This document shows, piece by piece, positions 41,641-56,829 of a stretch of 64,000 nucleotides of DNA. Origin of the DNA: Eledone cirrhosa. Lineage: Eukaryota. Both the position numbers and the translations under genes were made by a program. The notes under the pieces are model-generated. The model ran no database searches. It saw only the letters and a program-made list of their open reading frames with translations, and was not told where the DNA came from. How positions within the stretch are numbered: the stretch's first letter is position 1; the number at the start of each line of letters is the position of its first letter. The stretch lies in contig OZ024741.1 in NCBI GenBank assembly GCA_964016885.1, positions 274,846,001 through 274,910,000 on the forward strand, written 5' to 3'.

Positions 41641-42120
41641 TACACATATATACACACCATGTCTACATAGTATCGAACTCCACCAACACTAATAAGAAAT
41701 AGATAGTTTGCATTTAAACCATGTGTATCTACAAAGTCGACATATAGTGTCTACATTGCCACCACTACACCCCCCCCCCCCCTACTACTACAACCACCGC
41801 CACCCCACTACACCACACCACTACCAACACTACCCACCTCCACCCACCCCCACCCCCATCAACACCACACCTACCCCCACTACTCCCACCCCACCACCAC
41901 CACCACTACACCCCTATCCCCCACCACTACCACCACTACCACCACCACCACCACCACCACCACCACCACCACCACCACCCCACTACCCCCAACTACAACC
42001 GCCACCACTACCACCCACCCCACTACACCCGCGTTCCCCCACTAACCCCCACCACCACAACTACCCCGGCCCCCACCCACCCCACCACCCCACTACTCCC
42101 CATGTATATATATATGTATA

Positions 42121-42174
<54 letters not shown>

Positions 42175-42557
42175 TATACATATATATATACACACACACT
42201 CTCTTATATATATAGCTTAGTTCATATCGAAACCACGTGTCTATGATAATCCACATTTATGATCAGCACTTAATAATTCTCCATTCGGAAACTAAGTATA
42301 TTCATTAAAAACAATCTGGACCCACATATCTCATTTAAGTATATTCTGGCAGCGTTCTTACACTCTCCTTCTCCAAGACACTCTCCAATATTTCTCACTA
42401 ATTACTATTTCCTTACAATATTATTCAAATTACATGTTGTTTATGTCAGACTTTCGAAATTTCAATTTGTTTTTTCGGTTTTTTTTCTACCTTCAATTAA
42501 TCCCTATATAACTGACACCGGATTGGGGTAGTAGAAGATAGCTGGGGAGAGGTAGAT

Positions 42558-42602
<45 letters not shown>

Positions 42603-42897
42603 GTGAGAGAGGGGGTGTAGAGAATGCTAGGGAGAGAGTGAGTGAGAGAGAGGTGTAGAGAAAGATAGGGAGAGAGCGAGATAGAGAGAGATAGAGGGGT
42701 GTAGAGAAAGTTAGGGAGTGAGTGAGAGAGGGAGAGAGAAGGATGTAGGGAAAGATAGAGAGAGAGAGAGGGGGGTGAGAGAAGGATGTAGGGAAAGATT
42801 GAGAGCGGGGTGGGAGAGAAGGATGTAGGGAAAGATAGTGGGAGAGTGTGTGTGAGAGAGTGAGAGAGAGAAGGTTATAGAGAAAGATATTGGGAGA

Positions 42898-42962
<65 letters not shown>

Positions 42963-43275
42963 TTGTGGGAAGTACTTGATATGAAATTAGTGTTGGATTC
43001 AGGTTGAAATCCTATCGTAACAGAAATGGCTTGTTACACTTCAATTGCCAGTGAGAAGTCAGTACCTTAGAAGGGTATATATCCTACTGGAATATATATA
43101 TATATATATATATGGAGAGGGGGTTTATATATGTATGTATATGTGTGTGTGTGTGGATGTGTGTGCGGTGGGGTATATATATATATATATGTGTGTGGGT
43201 ATATGTATATATATATGTGTGTGGATGTGAAAAAGTATATATTATATATATATAAATAAGTATATATATATATAC

Positions 43276-43353
<78 letters not shown>

Positions 43354-43669
43354 GTATATATATGTGTGTATATTTACGTATATGTGTGTGTATATATAAA
43401 TATATATATATATACATACACTCATATACATGCATACATACATACATATATTTTTTTTCCTCAAAAATGGCTGACTAGCTACACTTTTTTCATTTCCTTC
43501 TATTTAACTTTATATTTTATCTTTTATTTCTCATTCTATCTTCTAATGAAGGATTATTGTCTGATACATAAAGACATTTTTCCTACTACATCAAGCATCT
43601 AATATATAAATCTTCGTTTTACTGTGTTACTTACTTTGTTGCTTTCCGTTTACGTTTTACATGCATGCG

Positions 43670-43740
<71 letters not shown>

Positions 43741-43757
43741 ATATACATATATATATT

Positions 43758-43972
43758 AGAAAATTGAAGTAAGGTTCTATACAAAGCAGTGGATATAGAG
43801 AAAAGGTGAAGTTGGAAATAGCACGGAAAATATATTTTAGGGTCTGTTTTTCTTTTAGAGTCATTTTTTCACTAATGTCATCTCTTCAACAATGTCACTT
43901 TGACGAATCAAAGAAAGGAAAAAAAAAGAAAAACAGACCCTAAAATATTTTTTCCGTGCTATTTCCAACTTC

Positions 43973-43980
<8 letters not shown>
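43758..43980 (-). mobile_element. fold-back element with one-sided tail
   Basis: About 56-bp arms 43801-43857 / 43925-43980; (TA)n flanks. Confidence 0.6.
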
Positions 43981-44040
<60 letters not shown>

Positions 44041-44043
<3 letters not shown>

Positions 44044-44245
44044 ATAATATTAAATTTGAAGACTAAAATCCAAAGAGGGCTCGATAAGGACAAATATATA
44101 TCAAATATATAAGAACCGTAGAGCAAATATTTTTATTGAAATATTCACTTCTGCGTTCACAGAATGACTTTGTTAGTTTCCGAAGATCCCGTTAAGGGTG
44201 CAAGCAGCGATTCTTTGCTTAAACTTTAATCTGTGATTTTAATAA

Positions 44246-44250
<5 letters not shown>
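44041..44250. mobile_element. family G element with degenerate hammerhead
   Basis: AGTTT CCGAAGA T-CCC-GTTAA-GGG-T GCAA GCA...TGC TT AAACT (two core mutations); tail shared with 8134. Confidence 0.6.
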
Positions 44251-44289
<39 letters not shown>

Positions 44290-44329
44290 CGTTTCTGAAT
44301 TTATTGGCAACATGACCCTCCCAAAGTAT

Positions 44330-44443
<114 letters not shown>

Positions 44444-44537
44444 ATGCATGAAAAGAACATGCTTTTTCATTACAGGGTATTTTCCTTGAGCTCATTATAT
44501 TACTGGGAACAACGCGAGTTCTTTAATCCGTTGCTTC

Positions 44538-44589
<52 letters not shown>

Positions 44590-44644
44590 TACATATATAT
44601 ATATACATATATACATATATACACACACACACATATATATAAAA

Positions 44645-44677
<33 letters not shown>

Positions 44678-44682
44678 TATAC

Positions 44683-44815
<133 letters not shown>

Positions 44816-44886
44816 CATATCTATATATATATATATATATATATATATGATTAGGACATATATATACGTATATATAAATATATATA

Positions 44887-45083
44887 TCAGAAAGGATGTG
44901 GTAAAATACCAGGTGGACCAGAACTCACCAGAGTACTCGATACTTGGAGTAGTAGAGTGGGTAATATGAAAAGATTCAGGACCCCGGTGGCTGAGCTACA
45001 GCCGTTTCCACAGCTAGATTCGAAGTGTCGGATCTAGCTATCGAACCGGCTGGAGCTCAGCCGTCGGGGTCCTGAATCTTTTC
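44887..45083 (-). mobile_element. fold-back element F1, diverged subfamily
   Basis: About 55-bp arms, tail ACTCTACTACTCCAAGTATCGAGTAC on minus strand. Confidence 0.7.
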
Positions 45084-45093
45084 ATATATCGAT

Positions 45094-45142
<49 letters not shown>

Positions 45143-45756
45143 TATATATGTTTGTGTGTGTGTGTGTGTGTGTGTGTGAACAGGGGGGGAATGTCCATAC
45201 AAATCAAACGATGTATGTAGGAAGAGTGAAAAGGCTCAGAAGTATATTTAAACATTATTTCTTGTCTTTAATCCGACAGAATGAATAATGTTATAATTGT
45301 TTTAGTAGATTTTAATTTTTTCAAATATTACCTGTTTCGATTGGTTTGTCAATCTTATCAAATATGTTCAAATTGCTCTCACAATATGTGACAACACTTT
45401 ATTTAATATTTAATATTTCATAAGTACCAGTGGAAACCAGTAATATTGGGCAAAATATAAAATCCACTTAATGTAGCAATTATAAAATTATTTATTCAGT
45501 CAGATTAAAGAAAAAATAATCTTTGAATATAGCTCTGTGCTTTTTCACTTTTACTTTATATATATATATATAGTAGAGTAGTAGAGTGTAATGGTAGCAC
45601 AGTGGTCTGGATACGTCAATACTCATCTTTTTCCATTTATCTGAGGGTTCTAAACCCCATTATCAGGCTAAAATTTCTTTAGTCAAAATTAGGTTGAAAG
45701 CTATTCTATTTTCTAATTTCAAACCTGCTCACTGTTTCAAAACATACTTACTTGTC

Positions 45757-45791
<35 letters not shown>

Positions 45792-45798
45792 AATATAT

Positions 45799-45955
45799 AG
45801 AAAATGGCTTCTACAGGAAGCCCTGATGATTTCTCCCGAATGAAACAGTTCTAGTCCAATAGAAGCCATTTCCTATATTAAATACTTACTTATATTCTGC
45901 TATGTATTGAGTACCTTACTTACTGTGGTTACCCCCGATTGACCCCGGGATAAAC
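45799..45955 (+). mobile_element. family F2 element
   Basis: Short inverted arm, CTGATGA...GAAA core, tail GTATTGAGTACC...GACCCCGGGATAAAC. Confidence 0.7.
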
Positions 45956-46314
45956 ATATATATATATATATATATTATACATATATGAAAGGGTTGGGAC
46001 TCCACAGCTGACCTATTGTCGTTTCAACAGCTAGTTCCGACTCTTTCATATAACCATACTCTACTACCCTAAGTATCGAGTACTCTGGTGAATAATGGTA
46101 TAACAGGTTTCTACTGCATCTATTCTGATTTATATATACATATTTATAGTTCAAAGAAACAGAGATATGAGAAGTCTTACTAGTTTCACGCTTTATATGG
46201 AAAGGGGGAAAGTAGATCCGATATGTGGTCTTTAGTTCTTCTTCAAGAGTTCAAAAAACAGGACCACAAAGGATAGACAGAAAATAAAAGTAGTCAGTAG
46301 TAAAAAAAACGAAA

Positions 46315-46497
46315 ATAATTGTTTCCACTTTTGACATAAGGCCAGCAATTATCCCAGTGCATTACTGGTACTTTCGAAAATAATTGTTTCTACATTTGGC
46401 ACAAGGCCAGCAATTACCCCAGTGCATTACTGATACTTTATTTTATCGACCCCGTAAGGATAAAAGGCAAAGTTAACATCAGCGGGATTTGAACTGG
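46315..46497 (-). mobile_element. 5'-truncated SINE with duplicated 3' end
   Basis: Two consecutive copies of the SINE 3' segment. Confidence 0.75.
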
Positions 46498-47108
46498 AGC
46501 GTAAACAAGACAAACCCTCAGGTAGCATGCAAATATATATATATATACATATGTATATAAATGTATGTATGTATGTATTTATGTATAGATAGATAGATAG
46601 ATAGATAGATAGGTAGATAGGTAGATAGATAGATTGATAGGTAGATAGATAGATAGGTAGATAGATAGATACATACATATATACATATATACATATATAC
46701 ATAATTACATAAATATATACATCTATATATTTACACATGCATACATGCATGCACACACACAACGCACACATATATATATATATTATTATATATATATGTA
46801 CAAATATACATACATACACGCAAACATATACACATACATACCATACATACATAGATAAATCAGTAATCATTTGAAGTAGAGTGAAATGGAGTTCAAAGTG
46901 ATTGACAAAGGCCCCTCACAATGCATATTGGAAATCTAGAAGTGAAAACAAATACAAAGCTTAATGCTTTTAGATTACATATTCCAATATTTCGGCTGCA
47001 AGCAACCCCTTATCGTGAATAGATGAGAGTGGAGCGTTTCATTTCTAACTTGATTTGTTGTGGCTTTCTTATATATATGCATATATACATATATATATAT
47101 AATGCATG

Positions 47109-47179
<71 letters not shown>

Positions 47180-47563
47180 CATACACATATATATATATTT
47201 ATTTATATATATGTATATATACATGTATATATATATATATATATAACGTTAATTGTGAAAGCCAGATGTAGATATCCACATTTGATTTTATTCATAATCT
47301 ACCGTAATACATATTTGTATGGCATTAATAATTACGTTATATAACGGGTGTGTGTGTGTGTTTGTGTATGTATATATATGTATATACATATATATATATA
47401 CGCAGATATATATATGTACACTTATATATATATACATATATGTGTGTGTGTGTGTGCGTTGTGTGTATGTGCATGTGTATGTATGTGTGTATATATGTAT
47501 CTATGCATGTATGTATGTATGTATGTATGTATGTATGTATGTATGTATGTATGTATGTATGTT

Positions 47564-47983
47564 CGGGAGAGATGACCCCCCCCCCCCTTAGCCTTTGTCA
47601 AGGCAGAATTCTAGGAGAAGGAAAACTCTGATATAACACCTGCAACCCTGATGGTATCCAATGATGTTGACTTGTTCTTCTTTTTGGTAAATATCATCAC
47701 GGTTAAGAGAGTGGGACTGGCTTTGTGCAGTGCCTTTGCTCACTGTAAAAGCTTCACGGCACAGGCATTGCTTTATATCTGGAGATCTCTCTGCACTTGT
47801 CGTCACATGGTACCATGGGCCCAGCACTGTATGACAATAATTGTCACAGGTGTAGTGTTTGTACCAGAGTTTTCAAGTCGCTGGCTGGACTAAAAAGTCA
47901 CACTCGTTCAGCGCATCGGTAGGGGTTCTCCTACATGGATATAATGTAGTGGCCATACTCGAAAACGAGTTGGCAGCCACCAT
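47564..47983 (+). mobile_element. non-autonomous RTE-derived element, 5'-truncated
   Basis: Reverse complement of the 15221/16432 copies; (GTAT)n on both sides. Confidence 0.65.
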
Positions 47984-48278
47984 GTATGTATGAATGAGCG
48001 TGTATTTATATGGTCCTACTCCAAAACAAATCGGCAGCCAGCAAGTATTTATTTACACAGATACACGTATACTTACGTCTATGACTGTATACACCCATAC
48101 ATAATACACTGATTTAAGAAAACAATACCCAGGGGTACTCACCGCATCAAAACCAAATGGTAAAGTGGGTGCTAACATATTTAAAGTTGTGTGGTAATAA
48201 ATTTTGATTAATTAAAACTACATCTGTGGTAAGAAGAATTAATCATTATTTTAATGAGTTATACTGTATAGATAGATT

Positions 48279-48384
<106 letters not shown>

Positions 48385-48454
48385 GAGAGAGACAGAGATG
48401 TAGATAGGTAGATAAACCGACAGACAGGTAGATGGAGAGAGGAGGAAATCAAAG

Positions 48455-48570
48455 AGAGACAGGTAGATAGAGAGACAGGTAGATAGAGAGACAGGTAGAT
48501 AGAGAGACAGGTAGATAGAGAGACAGGTAGATAGAGAGACAGGTAGATAGAGAGACAGGTAGATAGAGTA
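48455..48570. repeat. 16-bp tandem repeat AGAGAGACAGGTAGAT
   Basis: About 7 perfect copies. Confidence 0.9.
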
Positions 48571-49382
48571 ATAGAATTATACCAGTGCTATCCTGTGAAT
48601 TTGTTCATTCCTCTGTGGATTGACAGGAAACGGAATATAATGAATATATTCTATACTATGTTGTGAGAGAGTGGTGGGGGTGATGGGGAGTGATAGTGGT
48701 GTTGGGGATGAGGATGGTGATGGTGGTGGTGGTGGTGATAGCGGTGTTGGGGGTGAGGATGATGGTGTTGGGGGTGAGGATGGTGATGGTGGTGGTGGTG
48801 ATGGTGGTGGTGGTGGTGGTGGTGGTGGTGGTGGTGGTGGTGGTGGTGGTGGTGGTAGTGAGGATGGTGGTGGTGGTGGTGGTAGTAGTGAGGATGGTGG
48901 TGGTGATAGTGGTGTTGGTGATGGAGGTGATGGTGGTGTTGGTGATGGTGGTGGTGGTGAGGATGGTGGTGGTGGTGGTGATGGTGGTGGTGTTGGTGGC
49001 GGTGGTGAGGGTGGCTAAATTACCTGAAGCCAGGTAGGGTGTAAGCAATATGTTTCAGAAGCTGACATCTCCCTTCTGGGTGTTAATATCTAAATCTCTG
49101 AACGGTCCTTAACGTCAACAGTTTTCAGGGGTTGGTGGTGGTGGTGTTAGTAGGGGGTGGGGGGGTAGTTGTGGAAGTGGTGGTGGTGATGGTGGTGATG
49201 GTGGTGGCAGTGGTGGCAGTGGTGGTAGTGGTGGCGGTGGTGGGGGAGCAGTGAAGGAAAGCGACAAGCTTTAATAACAACGAAAGTCAAAATGGAATGA
49301 AATAACAACAAAAAAAATCCGGGCCAAATCGTGTCAAAGTTATATATTTACTTGTTTATTTACGTGTGTATATATACATGTG

Positions 49383-49417
<35 letters not shown>

Positions 49418-51149
49418 CTGTGTGTGTATATATATGTATCTATATATTTATGTGTTTAAATGTTTATTTGTTTATGTGTTAATATGTATGTGTTAATATA
49501 TATATATTTATGTATTTATGCTTGTGTATATATATATATACATATATATATATGTGTGTGTGTTTATGTGTGTATGTGTGTGTGTGTGTGTATGCATGAC
49601 GTGTGTGTGTGTATCTATATATATATATATTTATTTATGTGTTTATATGTTTATTTGTTTATATATGTATGTGTTAATATATTTATATATTTATGTATTT
49701 ATGTGTTTGTGTATATACATATACACATATATATATGTGTGTGTGTATGTTTATGTGTGTGTGTTTATGTGTGTGTGATTCTGTTTGTGATTGTGTATGT
49801 ATATATGTGTGTGCGTGCGTGTGTGTGTCTATGTCTGTGCGTGTGTTTGTGTGTCTCTGTGTGTGTTTATGTGCCTGTGTGTGTTTATGTGTCTGTATGT
49901 GTGTATGTATATATATGTGTGTGTGTGTGTGCGTTTATGTGTCTGTGTATGTATGTATGTATGTATGTATGTATGTATGTATGTATGTATGTATGTATGT
50001 ATGTATGTATGTATGTATGTGTGTATGTTTCCTTATATGTTTCTTCATTCGTCTGTTTGATGCCGTGAAGAAAATCTTCAGCTATAAAATGTCAAATTAA
50101 AAACCGTACATTTGACAAGATGTCATTTTCTGGGTAGTTTTTTTAATTTGTGAAGTATTTATTGGTGTGTTGGTGGTAGTAGTGTGGTGGTGTGGTGGTG
50201 CTGGTGGTGGTAGTGTTGGTGGTAGTAGTGTGGTGTTGGTGGTGTGGTGGTGGTGTGTCGGTGGTAGTAGAGTGTTGGGGGTGTGGTGGTGGTAGTAGTG
50301 TGGTGGTGGTGGCGGCGTGGTGTAGTGGTGGTGGTGGTGGTGTAGTGGTGGTGGTGGTGTTGGTAGTAGTGTGTTGGTGGTGTGGCGGTGGTGGTGGTGT
50401 GGAGGTGTGGTGGTGGGATTGGTGGTGGTGTGGTGGTGGTGGTGTGGTAGTGTGGTGGTGTGTTTGTGGTGGTGTGTTTGTGGTGGTGTGTTTGTGGTGG
50501 TGCGGTGGTGTGGTGACGGTGGTGTGGGGGTGGGGGTGGCTGGGGGTAGGGTGGGTGAGGTGGGGTGTGTTGGTAGTAGTGAGGGCTAGTAGTGTGGTGG
50601 TGGTAGTAGTGGGATGGTGGTGTGATGGGGGGTTGTGTGGTGGTGGTGGGGATTGGTGATGGTAGTAGTGGGGGAGGGGTTAGTTTGTGGGGGGAGGGTA
50701 GTGTGGTGTTAGTGTGGTGGTGGTAGTGTTGTGGTGGTGTGGTGGTGTGGTGGTGTGGTGGTGGTGTGGTGGTGATGTTGTGGTTTTGTGTATGTATATG
50801 TTAGTTGATATATATATACATATACACACACACACACACATTTATATATACGAATGTATGCATATATTTATGTACGTACGTATATATCCATGTACGTATA
50901 TATCTATGTATATTCTACGTATGTATATATATATGTATGTGTGTGTGTGAGTGTATCCTGTGTACACTTAATTATTTCTAGACCTGGCAATAAACTACGA
51001 AATAAACTGACCTTACCCACTTCTTAAGAATCTGCCCCTAACATATTTCCACCCTAACCCCTTACATCAGGGTGTCATGTTACAGAAAAGCTTGGCATAG
51101 GAGTATTTTCTGAATCCTTTCTATGGTTTCCCATCGGAATTACACCATG

Positions 51150-51985
51150 CTGGAACTATTTGGATCTATCTAAACCTCATCGAACGAAGCAACGTTCTAT
51201 CTGGATCTATCTGGAACTATTTGGTTCTATCTTGAATTATCTGGATCTATCTGGAATTATCTGGTTCTATCTGGAACTACCTGAATCTATCTGGAATTAT
51301 CTGGAACTATCTGGAACTATCTGGAACTATCTGGAACTACTTGAAACTATCTGGATCTGTCTGGAACTATCTGGAACCGTCTGGATTTATCTGGAACTAC
51401 TTGAAACTATCTGGAACTATCTGGAATTATCTGAATCTATCTGGAACTATCTGGTGCTATCTGGAATTATCTGGATCTATCTGGAACTATCTGGAACAAT
51501 ATGGAATTATCTGGAACTATCTGGAACTATTTGAATCTATTTGGAACTATCTGTAACAATATGGATTTATCTGGAATTATCTGAATCTATCTGGAACTAT
51601 CTGGGACAATCTGAATCTATCTGGAACTATCTAAATCTATCTGGAACGATCTGGTTCTATCTGGAACTATCTGGAACAATATGGATTTATTTGGAATTAT
51701 CTGGATCAATCAAAAACTATCTGGAACAATCTGAATCTATTTGGAACTATCTGGTTCTATCTAAAATTATCTGGATCCTTCTGGAACTATCTGGAACAAT
51801 ATGGAACTATCTGGAACTATCTGAATCTATCTGGAACTATCTGGATCTATCTGGAACTACTTGAATCTATCTGGAACAATCTGGTTCTATCTGGAACTAT
51901 CTGGAACAATCTGAATCTATCTGGAACTATCTGGAACTACTTGAATCTATCTGGAACTATCTGGTTCTATCTGGAACTATCTGGC
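51150..51985. repeat. 10-bp satellite (ATCTGGAACT)n
   Basis: Strict 10-bp periodicity with point variants. Confidence 0.95.
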
Positions 51986-52054
51986 AAGTTTTTTTTTATC
52001 AAGATAACCTCAAACATAATCAATTTAGTCTGATTCGAACAATTTCACTTATCT

Positions 52055-52322
52055 GTCATCGACACCATCATTTCCCGATCATCACTGTCGTATTCACCAT
52101 CATCATTATCATCATCACCACCACAATCATCATTATCATCAACATCACCATCATCACCATCATCAAAATCACCTCTATCACCATCATCACCACCATCACC
52201 ATCATCATCATCACCTCCATCACCATCATCACCAATATCAACATCATCATCACCACCATCATCATCATCCTCAACATCATCACCATCACCATCATCATCA
52301 CCACCATCAACATTATCATCAC

Positions 52323-52353
<31 letters not shown>

Positions 52354-53585
52354 GCCACCATCACCATCATGTGTGTAATAATGCAAGTTGACGTTGATGA
52401 TGGTGGTGATAATGGTAATGATGATGGTGTAGGTGGTGGTTGTAATGGTGATGGTAGTGGTGGTGGTTGTGGTGGTAGTGGTATTGTTATTGGTGGTTGT
52501 AGTTGTAGTGTTGTTGGTGGTTGTAGTGGTAGTGTTGGTAGTGATTGTGGTGGTATTGGTAGTGTTGTTGGTGGTGGTCGTCGTTGTGGTAGTGTTGTTG
52601 GTGGTAGTGTTGTTGGTGGTTGTGGTGGTAGTGGTAGTGTTGGTAGTGGTTGTGGTGGCAGTGGTAGTGTTGGTGGTGGTAGTGGTAGTGTTGGTGGAGG
52701 TAGTGGTGGTAGTGGTAGTGTTCGTGGTGGTTGTGGTGGTAGTGGTAGTATTGTTGGTGGTTATGGTGGTAGTGGTAGTGATAGTAGTAGTGTTGTTGGT
52801 TCTTATGGTGGTAGTGGTAGCGTTGGTGGTGGTTGTGATGATAGTGGTAGTGTTGGTGGTGGTTGTGATGGTAGTGGTAGTGCTGGTGGTGGTTGTGGTG
52901 GTAGTGGTAGTGTTGGTGGTGGTTGTGGTGGTATTGGTAGTGTTGGTGGTGTTAGTGGTTATTAGTGTTGTTGGTGGTTGTGGTGGTAGTGGTAGTGTGG
53001 TGGTGGTGGTAGTGGTAGTGTTGGTGGTGATTGTGACAGTAGTGGTAGTGGTAGTAGTAGTGTTGTTGGGGGTTGTAGTGGTAGTGGTAGTGGTCGTGTT
53101 GGTGGTGGTTGTGGTTGTAGTGTAGTGTTGGTGATTGTAGTAGTAGTGGTAGTGTTGTTGGTGGTTGTGGTGGTAGTGGTAGTGGTAGTAGTAGTGTTGT
53201 TGATGGTTGTGGTGGTAGTGTTGGTAGTGGTTGTGGTGGTAGTGGTAGTGTTGGTGGTGGTGGTTGTGGTGGTAGTGGTAGTGTTGGTGGTGGTCGTGAT
53301 GGTAGTGGTAGTGGTAGCGGTGGTTGTGATAGTAGTGTTGGTGGTGGTAGTGTTGGTGGCGGTTGTGGTGGTAGTGTTAGTGTTGGTGGCGGTTGTGGTG
53401 GTAGTGCTAGTGTTGGTGGTTGTTGTGGTGGTAGTGGTAGTGGTTGTGGTGGTAGTGTTAGTGTTGGTGGTTGTTGTGGTGGTAGTGGTAGTGTTGGTAG
53501 TGGTTATGGTGGAAGTGGTAGTGTTGGTGGTTGTTGTGGTCGTAGTGGTAGTGTTGGTAGTGGTTGTGGTGGTTGTGGTGGTACA
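52055..53585. repeat. (CAT)n then (GGT/AGT/TGT)n degenerate trinucleotide tracts
   Basis: Direct reading. Confidence 0.9.
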
Positions 53586-53842
53586 GTAGAAAGTGAGACC
53601 CATTAGGATGTTTGCATGTGTTTGCATGTGTGTGTACGTGTGTGTCTGTATATGAGTGCTTGTATATATGTGTGTTTGTATATGTGTGTTTGTATATGTG
53701 TGTTTGTATGGGTAGTTAGTGTTAATCCTGTTCCCAGACCTCTATAGCACTGTGTTGTTGTACGGTACATCAACACAGGAATACAGTACTACACATATAC
53801 ACACACTGACACACACACACACACAGACGCTTTTATATATAC

Positions 53843-53905
<63 letters not shown>

Positions 53906-54077
53906 TGTATATATAAGGAATTGAAAATGCAACTGGAGTCTTTTAAGTATATTTATTTATTTACTTTACCGGTTTCACAGTTCTTATGCTTTTCAAAAGT
54001 AAAATTGAGATGGAGAGTTTGTGTTTTTGTTGTCGTTTGTCTCTTATATATATATTTTATATATATATTATATATAC

Positions 54078-54167
<90 letters not shown>

Positions 54168-54169
<2 letters not shown>

Positions 54170-55376
54170 CGGCGATGAATTAGTTTTGCGAGGTTTTTTA
54201 TATGAAATCGTGTGTCGAAACAGATATTGTTATATTTGGGGAGGGTCATATTTGCGTAATATTGCCAGAATTAATAACAGAACACACTCACTGTTTGGTT
54301 GGTTTTCGCTTCTCGCTGTCTTTTATATATATATATCTGCGATCTAACTTACTCGGTCCTCAATGTTGCCATTGACTGACCGGTGGTCAAAAATAAAATA
54401 ATACAGATACAATATAGACAAACACATATATATATAGTTTACATAAATCTTTCGTTGCACATCTGCAACATCGTCAGTGGTGTTATATTCATTGTTCCTC
54501 CTGTTGTGTTGTATGTCTACGCCATTTTTTTTGTTCAGTCCGTCTATATATTTATTTATTTGTTTGCTTGTTTGTTTATCTTATTTTATTTTGTCTTCTT
54601 TGCGCATGCGTTTGCGTGTGTGATGTGTGACTAGTGTGTATAGTGTTGTGTCTGCTGGGTGACTAGTGTGTGTTTATGTGCTTGTGTATGTATTTATTTA
54701 TCTTATTTTATTTAATTTAATTTACTTATTTATTTATACTTCTCTTAGGTCAGTGTTGTTTGTTTGGGTGTTGTTGTTGTTCCACTCATTCTTTCTGTTT
54801 AGCTAAACAGAAAGAATGAGTGGAACAACAACAACACCCAAACAAACAACACTGACCTAAGAGAAGTATAAATAAATAAGTAAATTAAATTAAATAAAAT
54901 AAGATAAATAAATACATACACAAGCACATAAACACACACTAGTCACCCAGCAGACACAACACTATACACACTAGTCACACATCACACACGCAAACGCATG
55001 CGCAAAGAAGACAAAATAAAATAAGATAAACAAACAAGCAAACAAATAAATAAATATATAGACGGACTGAACAAAAAAAATGGCGTAGACATACAACACA
55101 ACAGGAGGAACAATGAATATAACACCACTGACGATGTTGCAGATGTGCAACGAAAGATTTATGTAAACTATATATATATGTGTTTGTCTATATTGTATCT
55201 GTATTATTTTATTTTTGACCACCGGTCAGTCAATGGCAACATTGAGGACCGAGTAAGTTAGATCGCAGATATATATATATAAAAGACAGCGAGAAGCGAA
55301 AACCAACCAAACAGTGAGTGTGTTCTGTTATTAATTCTGGCAATATTACGCAAATATGACCCTCCCCAAATATAAC
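54168..55376 (-). mobile_element. fold-back element F6: perfect 574-bp-arm palindrome plus left tail
   Basis: Arms 54229-54802 / 54803-55376, no spacer; identical 83-aa ORF called on both strands; (TA)n flanks; GGGAGGGTCAT end shared with about 44310 and about 55640. Confidence 0.75.
55122..55164 (+). ncRNA. hammerhead-like motif (mirror copy 54441-54483, minus)
   Basis: CA CTGACGA T GTTGCA-GATG-TGCAAC GAAA GATT TA TG; strong stem II, weak stems I and III. Confidence 0.5.
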
Positions 55377-55407
<31 letters not shown>

Positions 55408-55708
55408 AATATATATATATAAATAAGCGTGAAACTAATATTAACATTTCTACTGCCTCTTCGCTTCGCTTGTTTTGTTTTTTGTTTACTGTCTCAACTA
55501 TATATATATAGAGCGAGTTGTGTATATATAGAGGGAGTTGTGTATATATTTATATATATATAAACACTCATGGCACGAGCGTTTAAAGATCAAACGTCTT
55601 TTTCATACAAAATCGTGCCTCGAAAACGATATTGTTGTATTCAGGGAGGGTCATTTTACCTATAAAAACACACGCTCTTCAATTATATTGTTGATTATTC
55701 CTATATAC

Positions 55709-55779
<71 letters not shown>

Positions 55780-55821
55780 AGAAAACGAAAAATCAGTGAT
55801 ACATCTGGACTTAGTTTATTT

Positions 55822-55912
55822 CGTGTTACAAATGTTTCGCCGGCATGTAGCTCGAGTCATGGTCCTTGTATGGATCTGGTTGATTCTACTTCTGCGGGTT
55901 CTTTCAGACACG
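55822..55912 (-). ncRNA. hammerhead variant with extended stem II
   Basis: Minus strand CGTGT CTGAAAGA [about 60 nt] GAAA CA-TT-TG TA ACACG then AAATAAA; perfect 5-bp stem I. Confidence 0.55.
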
Positions 55913-56511
55913 GGTGTTTCGTCCGGAGCAAATTTTATCACTGGGGTGTTATCATCAAAATCCACCCTAAAAAAAAACCCTATTTCCACTCCTGTCATGC
56001 CATCGGCTGTTTTTACTCCACGTCATCACAAGTTCTGGTCAGTATCTGCTGCCACACGGTTCATCAACCATTTTTCGTCCGACACATTTCGATGGAGTCA
56101 TGCTGGGTTCAGTACCACCGCCTATGGAAGCACCATAGCTACCATTATAGACAACTATATATATATACTATAGAATCATTTGATAAGATATATACACTAT
56201 TTCCTCTCCCAATCAGCATAATCAACCACACAAAAAAAACAATTAAACCAGGCTATAAGATTAAAAGGCACCTATGAAGAAATAATAGATAAATAAACGA
56301 CAGCCATCTATTCGCGATCAACAGCTATAGAATATTTACCCAGCATTTCAATCGAACATCGAAATCGATTAAATATATCATCAACCATACACAATTAGGT
56401 ATAAAATTAAAGTTAGAAGAAAAAATGCATATAAACATACCAGGATTACGTTTCTACCCTTTAGGGTTTCATTCGCTTTTGGAAATGTCCGATCAAGGAT
56501 AAATTTCCGAG

Positions 56512-56546
<35 letters not shown>

Positions 56547-56547
56547 C

Positions 56548-56580
<33 letters not shown>

Positions 56581-56655
56581 CTGCCATAACGATAACCTGT
56601 TATCCCGTATATATATATTTACATATATATATATGTATATATACATATATATATG

Positions 56656-56757
<102 letters not shown>

Positions 56758-56760
56758 TAA

Positions 56761-56829
<69 letters not shown>

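Noticed and set aside
51160-51864. LELSGTIWNY repeat protein ORFs
   Set aside because: Product of a 10-bp satellite giving the same peptide in all three frames
52369-52965. Gly/Ser/Cys-rich 198-aa ORF resembling a structural protein
   Set aside because: Part of a longer degenerate NGT trinucleotide tract that continues past frameshifts; no signal peptide or exon boundaries
54383-55222. Two identical 83-aa hydrophobic ORFs on opposite strands as a duplicated gene
   Set aside because: Consequence of the perfect palindrome; non-ATG start and T-rich composition
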